Source: Vicingaceae bacterium (GTDB taxonomy: Bacteria > Bacteroidota > Bacteroidia > Flavobacteriales_E > Vicingaceae). Taken from it: a stretch of 24,000 bases of DNA. The position numbers were made by a program, and so were the translations under genes. The notes under the pieces were generated by a model, which made no database searches, had not been told where the DNA came from, and saw nothing but the letters and a program-made list of their open reading frames with translations. Location: assembly GCA_040220895.1 (NCBI GenBank), contig JAVJVY010000009.1, positions 48,362 to 72,361 on the forward strand, read 5' to 3'. Shown piece after piece: positions 8,674 through 15,800 of the stretch (its first letter is position 1; each line of letters begins with the position of its first letter).

Positions 8674-9726
8674 CTATTGACTTACTGTTGAGCCTTGGCA
8701 ACTTGATCCTGCTCCTGCTGTGCATCCATAACAGTGCTGTCCGGTCACAATTGCTCGTTGTTTAAGTGCCTGCAAACTTATGTCAGCTAAATTCATTCCC
8801 GATGAAGTCACAACTCCCAATTGTAGCATCTGATTAAAATCGCAGTCATAAACCTTACCGGTGTAATCAACCGATATGGTATTGCGACACATTAAACCAT
8901 CAACGGCAGCAGGATTAAATGACTCCACTAATTTTTCCATATAATCTTCGTAATTACCGCTAGCAATGAGATAGTCCAAAAAACGATTGATGGGCAGATT
9001 CGTTAGTGCGAATAATTGATTGAATGTTATATCATGGTTATCCTTTAGGACTCTTTTGAAGGTTCGCTCCAATTCCTTTTGATCACCTGGCAAAAATGCT
9101 CCACCCGGATTATAGACCAAGTCGAGTATCAGGTCATCTCCGTAACCAACTTCATTCAACATTCGCAAAGCCTTGATGGATTTATCGAAAACGCCATTGC
9201 CTCGTTGTCGATCAGTCTTTGATGCAGAGAAATATGGAAGCGAACTTACCACGCGTAATCGGTTTTCCCGAAAGAACTCGGGCAAATCCTGGTAAGAAGC
9301 ACTGGCCAGAAAAATGGTCAGATTGGAACGAACGATGATTTCCTTCACTCCCGCTTTTCTGAGTTCCGATATGAAATACCTGAAATTGGGATTCATTTCG
9401 GGAGCTCCGCCGGTAAGATCGACCGTGGGCACACCAAATTCACGAATTTTAGACACACAAAGGTCCATGACCTCGCGCTCCATAATTTCCTTTCTTTCGG
9501 GACCGGCATCCACATGGCAGTGCTTGCATGTTTGGTTACACATGTAGCCCAAATTGATTTGAAATATTTCGAGGTCCGTTGGTTTTAATTGCTGAAATCC
9601 ACTCTTCTTGAGCATTTCTTTGAATCTCGGGAGCTTTCCACCGGTAAAAAGGCCGTTGTTCAGAACATCGTTCTGGTAGGAGGGCGAAGCCAAGGTTGCA
9701 TTTAAATGTTTGAGTGTCTGGGCCAT
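8674..9726 (-). CDS. arsS: ArsS-type radical SAM / Cys-rich domain protein (TIGR04167-like)
   Basis: The CX3CX2C motif CNQTCKHC lies at aa 63-70 (nt 9517-9540). The C-terminal Cys-rich tail HCYGCTAGAGSSCQG (nt 8698-8733) is characteristic of this family. 350 aa. The gene symbol reflects family membership only, not a demonstrated substrate. Confidence 0.82.
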   Translation of the reverse strand: MAQTLKHLNATLASPSYQNDVLNNGLFTGGKLPRFKEMLKKSGFQQLKPTDLEIFQINLGYMCNQTCKHCHVDAGPERKEIMEREVMDLCVSKIREFGVPTVDLTGGAPEMNPNFRYFISELRKAGVKEIIVRSNLTIFLASASYQDLPEFFRENRLRVVSSLPYFSASKTDRQRGNGVFDKSIKALRMLNEVGYGDDLILDLVYNPGGAFLPGDQKELERTFKRVLKDNHDITFNQLFALTNLPINRFLDYLIASGNYEDYMEKLVESFNPAAVDGLMCRNTISVDYTGKVYDCDFNQMLQLGVVTSSGMNLADISLQALKQRAIVTGQHCYGCTAGAGSSCQGSTVSQ

Positions 9727-9727
9727 T

Positions 9728-10063
9728 TCACATGGAAAGTTTCTTGACCTTGTTCATCATTTGCACTCCGTGTACCAAAGAAGCTCCTCCGCGTATTGCA
9801 GCTGCTACGTGAACCGCTTCCATCATTTGGGCTTCATCCAGCCCTTTCTCCAAACAGCCAACGGAATACGCGTCTATGCAGTAAGGGCATTGAATGGTAT
9901 GCGAAACTGCCAGTGCGATCAATGCCTTTTCTCTCGCAGTTAGGGCTCCTTCCTCAAATACACTGTTGTAATATGAGAAGAACTTTTTGGCCAACTCCGG
10001 TTCAAATTCGGCGATGTCACCAAACTTTTTAAGGTCAGCGGGGTCGTAATAGGTGTTTTCCAT
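9728..10063 (-). CDS. AhpD/carboxymuconolactone-decarboxylase-like 'peroxidase-like' protein associated with ArsS-type rSAM clusters (TIGR04169-like)
   Basis: It starts MENTYYDPADLKKFG and has the AhpD-like CxxC motif SHTIQCPYCIDAY (CPYC at nt 9878-9889). The ATG at 10063 is preferred over the track's TTG at 10093. The stop lies 1 nt before the arsS ATG. Confidence 0.8.
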   Translation of the reverse strand: MENTYYDPADLKKFGDIAEFEPELAKKFFSYYNSVFEEGALTAREKALIALAVSHTIQCPYCIDAYSVGCLEKGLDEAQMMEAVHVAAAIRGGASLVHGVQMMNKVKKLSM

Positions 10064-10071
10064 TTTTGAGG

Positions 10072-10800
10072 TTATTTTCCGTTCAAATCCCAATTGTACT
10101 TCAAGAAGTTTAAACTGGCATTTTTAGCTATTTCCAAATGAGGAGTTTGTTTATTGATGTAAACCGGAATCGAAGATTCCTCCTTTAAAAAATCTGATGC
10201 GTACCACTCAAATATTTTTGAAACCTGCAAGTGATTCTTACTCAGTATATTATACCTATCATCGTTGATGAAACCCCTGGCTGCCAAACGGAGTTCAATG
10301 TTGAGATTTTCTGCTGTATAGGCCTTGTTTCTAAGTGGGGGGCACGATTTGGCGGAACAATTTATGGCAAAATGGATACGCGAATCATTGAATTGACCCA
10401 ACAGCATGGTCTTTTCTATGTAATTCAATGTATACAACTTACCGCCGATGTCAATGAAAGGAATATTCCAGGCATCTTTTCCATCTTCCTTTATGTCCAT
10501 GATCGTTTTTAGAGGATAGTATTTTAATATGAGTTTAATAGTGAATGCGTTATATGCATTTATCCAAAAAGCTTCTTGCTGTTCTACTTTCCAATTTGGT
10601 TGGGGCGGGTTCTTTTCTAAAAACTCCAGGTATTGATTTAGTACTTCTTCATCGCTTTTAAAACCTTGGTAATTTACATTGCCATATGGATCAACGTATT
10701 TCTGTAAAAGGTCCGTCCATTGCCCATGAGTGACATTCTGTGACCATAAAAAAGAAGTAAAGGTGAACAGCAGTATAGTTGCAACGATTGATTTTAGCAT
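10072..10800 (-). CDS. Exported DUF547-domain protein; first gene of the rSAM operon
   Basis: It has the DUF547 signatures EAFWINAYNAFTIKLIL and DSRIHFAINCSAKSCPPL. I chose the ATG at 10800, which gives the signal peptide MLKSIVATILLFTFTSFLWSQ. The track ORF extends to 11073, but that extension overlaps the divergent gene and has no signal-peptide logic. Confidence 0.8.
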   Translation of the reverse strand: MLKSIVATILLFTFTSFLWSQNVTHGQWTDLLQKYVDPYGNVNYQGFKSDEEVLNQYLEFLEKNPPQPNWKVEQQEAFWINAYNAFTIKLILKYYPLKTIMDIKEDGKDAWNIPFIDIGGKLYTLNYIEKTMLLGQFNDSRIHFAINCSAKSCPPLRNKAYTAENLNIELRLAARGFINDDRYNILSKNHLQVSKIFEWYASDFLKEESSIPVYINKQTPHLEIAKNASLNFLKYNWDLNGK

Positions 10801-10814
10801 GGGATTCTTTTGAA

Positions 10815-10822
10815 CAAATGTA
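10815..10822 (-). promoter_or_regulatory. Candidate Bacteroidota -7 promoter box (TACATTTG) for the rSAM operon
   Basis: Exact TAnnTTTG match on the minus strand, 15 nt upstream of the DUF547 ATG, within the 106-bp divergent intergenic region. On the plus strand, TATCTTTA (10876-10883, one mismatch) lies upstream of the aminotransferase. Confidence 0.4.
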
Positions 10823-10906
10823 CCAAATAAGGATGTTAGATAATTGTCCGGCTTTTTACAATACTCCAATTGTAATATCTTTACATTTAACGCCGAAACA
10901 ACCACC

Positions 10907-12064
10907 ATGCCACAGTTTTCAGGATCTATTCGCTCTAAACTACCACAAGTAGAAACGAGCATTTTTACCACTATGAGCCACCTGGCCGTCCAGGAACAGG
11001 CCATAAACCTCTCACAAGGATTCCCCGACTTTAGCTGCAGCCCCTCACTGATAGAACTTGTGAATAAATTCATGCAGGCAGGCTATAATCAATACAGCCA
11101 TATGGCCGGTTTTATTGGATTGAGAAAAGTGATCTCTGATAAGGTCGAGAAATTGTACGGCTTGAGGTACAACGCTGAAACTGAAATTACTATTACGGCC
11201 GGGGGCACTCAGGCCATATTTACGGCCATTATTAGTAGCATAAGTGAAGGCGATGAAGTCATCATTTTTACCCCCGCTTACGATTGTTTTGAGCCGGCAA
11301 TTGAATTGAGCGGAGGCAAGCCGATCTTTGTGCAACTGAGCGGCCCGGATTATCATATTGATTGGGAGTTGGTAAAGAAAGTGATCAACCAGAAAACCAA
11401 GATGATCATTATTAATTCGCCGCACAATCCGACTGGAAATGTGCTTACCGAGGAAGATTTTGACCAGTTGGAAAAAATTGTCGGTAATTCAGACATCCTG
11501 GTGCTGAGCGATGAGGTCTATGAGCATATTGTGTTTGATGGCAGGCAGCACCAGAGCATGGCTCGATTTCCGAAATTGGCTGAACGCAGCTTTGTAGTTT
11601 CTTCTTTTGGAAAGACATATCATACCACGGGTTGGAAAGTGGGGTATTGCCTTGCTCCCGAAAACTTGATGAAAGAATTCAGGAAGGCGCATCAATACAT
11701 TGTTTTTGCCGTGAACACCCCAATACAGCATGCCTTGTCAGAATTTCTCTTGTACGAAGATGCCTACAATGGCCTTTCCGCTTTTTACCAAGACAAGCGA
11801 GACCTCTTTTTAAAATTAATAGCGAACAGTCGCTTTAAATTCGAGCCCAGCAAAGGCACCTATTTCCAACTTTTAAGATACGATGGGATCACGGATATGG
11901 GCGACGTAGAGTATGCCATTGAACTGACAAAAAAGAATAAACTGGCCTCCATTCCAGTATCGGTATTCTATCATAAAAAAGTAGACAACAAAGTGCTGCG
12001 GTTTTGCTTTGCCAAAGACGACAGTACGTTGCAGGCCGCGGCAGAAATACTAAACTTTCTATAA
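10907..12064 (+). CDS. ybdL: PLP-dependent methionine/glutamine aminotransferase (YbdL-like, class I)
   Basis: It aligns by eye end to end with E. coli YbdL (SKLPQVETSIFTTMSHLA, AINLSQGFPDF, SDEVYEHIVF, SSFGKTYHTTGWKVGYC with the PLP lysine, LRFCFAK). The ATG at 10907 fits the YbdL N-terminus better than the track start at 10844. Confidence 0.88.
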   Translation: MPQFSGSIRSKLPQVETSIFTTMSHLAVQEQAINLSQGFPDFSCSPSLIELVNKFMQAGYNQYSHMAGFIGLRKVISDKVEKLYGLRYNAETEITITAGGTQAIFTAIISSISEGDEVIIFTPAYDCFEPAIELSGGKPIFVQLSGPDYHIDWELVKKVINQKTKMIIINSPHNPTGNVLTEEDFDQLEKIVGNSDILVLSDEVYEHIVFDGRQHQSMARFPKLAERSFVVSSFGKTYHTTGWKVGYCLAPENLMKEFRKAHQYIVFAVNTPIQHALSEFLLYEDAYNGLSAFYQDKRDLFLKLIANSRFKFEPSKGTYFQLLRYDGITDMGDVEYAIELTKKNKLASIPVSVFYHKKVDNKVLRFCFAKDDSTLQAAAEILNFL

Positions 12065-12065
12065 C

Positions 12066-12872
12066 GTGTCTGACCTTAAGATCTCTTTGATTCAAACGGA
12101 ATTGTTTTGGGAAAACAAGAGGGCAAACTTCGAATTCCTTGCAAGGAAGATCGCTGAATTAAAAGGGAAAACCGACATTGTCCTTTTACCGGAAATGTTC
12201 TCTACCGGTTTTACCATGAACGCTAAAATTCTGGCGGAAAGCATGGATGGAAATACTATCTCTTGGATGCACCAACAAGCAAAAGAATATGGGCTGGTTG
12301 TTGCGGGAAGTTTTATTTGCAATGAGCAGGGCAAGTATTATAACCGCTTTGTATGGATGCCTCCTGATGGAAATCCGATCCATTACGATAAAAAGCACCT
12401 TTTCAGAATGGCAAAGGAAGAGGCGCATTATTCTCCGGGCAACCACCTAAAAACCATTGAGTATAATAATTGGAAAATACGGCCAATGGTATGCTACGAT
12501 CTTAGATTTCCAGTTTGGAGCAGCAATCGTGTAAATCAGACTCAGGGAAGTCTCAACCCAGCATTTGACGTCCTTCTTTACGTAGCCAACTGGCCCAAAG
12601 TTAGAGTTTCGGCCTGGGATATATTGCTAAGGGCCAGAGCAGTTGAAAATCAAGTTTACTGCCTGGGTGTTAACAGGGTTGGTGAAGATGGTAATGGAAA
12701 GGTCTATTCGGGACATTCAGCTGTTATCGAACCCAAGGGCTCTTATTTACTGGAACCCGTGATTGATATTGAGGGGTCTTTCACCGTTGCCCTGAACAAA
12801 TCCTACCTTGAGGACTACCGTAAAAAATTTCCACAAGGACTTGATGCGGATCAGTTTGAGCTAACGAATTAA
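12066..12872 (+). CDS. yafV: Omega-amidase / carbon-nitrogen hydrolase (YafV-like, 2-oxoglutaramate amidase)
   Basis: It aligns by eye with E. coli YafV. The Glu-Lys-Cys triad contexts are LPEMF, YDKKHLF and VCYDLRFPVWS. The GTG start lies 1 nt after the ybdL stop. Confidence 0.87.
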   Translation: MSDLKISLIQTELFWENKRANFEFLARKIAELKGKTDIVLLPEMFSTGFTMNAKILAESMDGNTISWMHQQAKEYGLVVAGSFICNEQGKYYNRFVWMPPDGNPIHYDKKHLFRMAKEEAHYSPGNHLKTIEYNNWKIRPMVCYDLRFPVWSSNRVNQTQGSLNPAFDVLLYVANWPKVRVSAWDILLRARAVENQVYCLGVNRVGEDGNGKVYSGHSAVIEPKGSYLLEPVIDIEGSFTVALNKSYLEDYRKKFPQGLDADQFELTN

Positions 12873-15800
12873 GTTCAGGCTACCTTTTTCTTCTTTGGAC
12901 GCTATATTTCCATCTGCTTCTTTGATCTTATAAAAGATCTTCCAAACATAGGTGTCAGAGGGCACCGGTTTGCCATCTTTTGTCCCATCCCAGGTGAAAT
13001 TTGGGTTCTTAGTAAGGTATATCAGCTCTCCCCATCGGTTATAAATGTGGAACTCAAAATCATCAAGATTCAAAGCGCTTATACTGAATATATCGTTGAT
13101 CTGATCGTTGTTTGGAGTAAAGGCATTCGGTACAAAAATCTTTTCAGTACAGTACTCTACGACTTTTGAAAAACTTCGAACTTCACACACGCGCCCATTA
13201 ATTATTGTCACGCCATAGGTTCCTTCTTCAGAAACCGTGATTGAAGGTGTTACTTGTCCATTATCCCATTTGTAGCGGTAATCTTCACCTCCGGCACTAA
13301 GGGTAATGCCAAAGGGGTTTTCCTTTTTGCAAAATACGGCCGTGCGGGGTAATTCAGAAACCGGATATTCGTAAACCACTAGATTCGTTGAATCTCGTCC
13401 TATACAGGTGCCATCGTTGATCTCAACCCAATAAAAGCCCGGAGTTCGGACAACTATTTGTTGGCTTGTTTCACCCGTAGACCATGAGTAGGCAGAACCT
13501 GCATTTGATGCGTCAAGAATGGCGCTGTCACCTTCACAGATTTCTGTAAAAAATCGAATGTCTGTTTTTGGAAGAGGCGCCAATCCTATTTCCACCGTAT
13601 CGGTAAAGGTGCAATTGAAGGCATCTGTTACGCGCACCCAGTACTGACCGTCGCCTAAAACCAAGAGCACTGAATCAGATGAGTTGTCTTGCCATGCATA
13701 AGATGCAAAGTCGGGTCCCGCCTTTAACTTAAGAAATCCGCCTAAGCAGTAATTGGTGTCAGGACCTAAATCGAGTAGCGGCGAAGGGTATACTGTAAGG
13801 GTGAGACTATCCTCATCGGTACATCCAAATGAATTTGTTACACCTAGCACAAAAGTCGTTGTTTCATTGACGCGTGCAACGGGATTGGGGATTGAAGCGT
13901 CGTCCAAAGCCGCTGCAGGAGTCCAGTTGTAAGTACCACCACCACTGCCCTGCAGCTGAACAATTTCATCCCTGCAAACGTTCCTGCTTGCCGAAACCAC
14001 GGCTGCTGGATTTGGCAACAAATTGATGAAAACAGTGTCAGATTTGATACAACCCGAAGTGTCAATTACCATGACCGAATAAAATGAACCGTTTTTAACA
14101 GTCACACTCGGATTGGGAATGGTATCGTTTGAAACTTCCCAACCTGGGTACCAAAAGTATTTAGGGTCGGCCGCATTGGTGGTAACGCTTAACGGATAAT
14201 CGGTTGTATTACACAGCGTGGTGTCTTTCTGCGCGTCAACATCAAAACTTATTAATGAAAGATCGATGCTGTCGGTGAGGATGCATCCGGTGGTCAAGTC
14301 TGTAAGATCTAAATAATACCGCCCCGGACTATCCATCAATGCTTTTGGATTTTTTAAGGTTGGGTTGTCGAATAAGTTCGACGGCGACCAGTCATAACTG
14401 AAACTATTGGGCACGTAAGAACAGTACTTAAAGCCAATATTGGCTCGACGGTTATACAAGCTGGCAGAATTATTACTGCAAACCGAATTTCCGCGGTTGT
14501 AAGAAACACAGTTGAAAACCGGGAAGGGCTGAGAATAGCGGACCTCCGAGCTGATGCCCAAAGCACTATTTTGATAGCAAACCTCTACCACCACATTGGA
14601 GAGTCCGTCCCAGTTAAATCGGTTGTCGAAATCAAACCAATTTATACCGTTGACCAGAATAATGTCTTTTGGTTCAAAAACCGTGGCCAGACCACCAGTA
14701 AACGTGGTTGACAGTGAGTTGCTCGACGTACAACCCATTTTAATTCTAAAATTTTGATAGTCGTCTTTGCCGAGGTTTGAAATGTCGAATGAAAGTGATG
14801 AGATCTGACCCGAAGTGTTCAAACCGGCCGAAGCTATTTCAGCTGCAGTGATTAGAAACTGTTTTCTTCCGCTAAGATCACTGGAAACAAAAGGGGTGAT
14901 GTTGAACTGGGAAGAAGTAAAGGTTTGCGTTCCTATATTCATGGTAGAAGATGCATTACAAAGCGAGGAATTGGATTTACCACAACCCAGCAAAGGATTC
15001 GCGAAAAGCCTGAGGCTATCACCTTCGCAATTAGGTCCTGCGGCCGAAGATAAATTGATGTCAAGGGCATCTTGGACGCCAAAATTCAACGTGTCCCATT
15101 TGATACAGCCCAAGCTGGATTTTATTTCAGATAAGATTGTAATTGCATCATTTACAAATATATACGGGTTTGAAACACTTGTCGAAGACACTAAAGCAGC
15201 GGGTGACCAAAGGTAGGTTACAGGGTTCGAAGAGGTATGACTGGCATTGAGCTGTACACTGTCTTCTATACACAAGATCGAATCGGCCGTGGTCGTAGTA
15301 TTGAAATTGGGGGCAACCGTGATGTCAATGGTGTCAAGGTCAAAACAACCCGTCTGTGGATCGGTAACCCTTAGTTCATAAGGGGTACTTGCCGAGGGGG
15401 AAGCCTTCACATTGGGAATGGTATCGTTGTCCAGTCCGGCGGCGGGCGTCCATTGGTAGGAGTAAGCCTGATTGGGGGGGCTAGCGCAATATTTCAAGCG
15501 CATTTCGGGCCGTACCGTCGTTCCGAAATTCGCAACTGTGTCACTACAAAAAGGTGGCGAATTCCACTTCATGGCAGTTCTGTTTGCTGCCAGAATCGTA
15601 TAATTCATGGTGGTAAAAGTGAAGCCAAGGGAAGAAGTATTTTGCCAGCAGACTTCAACCACCAGGTTGGATGTTCCGTCCCAGACATAAGGCGCATCAA
15701 AAGCGTAGTCATTCCACCCCGAACTAATGTTGATGTTCTTAGGCGTGTAAACCGTCTGAGTGGATTGAATGAATGGGATTGAACCAAAACCGGTAAATGA

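Noticed and set aside
8674-10063. Possible selenocysteine recoding (in-frame TGA plus SECIS) in the rSAM and AhpD-like genes
   Set aside because: Both ORFs are uninterrupted, and the relevant positions are ordinary TGC/TGT Cys codons.
10064-10093. TTG-start extension of the AhpD-like protein, overlapping the DUF547 stop
   Set aside because: The ATG at 10063 gives the family-typical N-terminus METYYDP-like (MENTYYDPADL). The TTG extension adds ten unrelated residues.
10844-10906. Upstream start for the aminotransferase (MSGFLQYSNCN...)
   Set aside because: YbdL homologs begin close to the MPQF..SKLP segment. The 21 extra residues have no counterpart and would remove the whole intergenic promoter space.
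10801-11073. N-terminal extension of the DUF547 ORF (the track ORF is 333 aa starting at 11073)
   Set aside because: The extension overlaps the divergent aminotransferase gene and its promoter region. It has no family similarity and would bury the obvious signal peptide that begins at the ATG at 10800.
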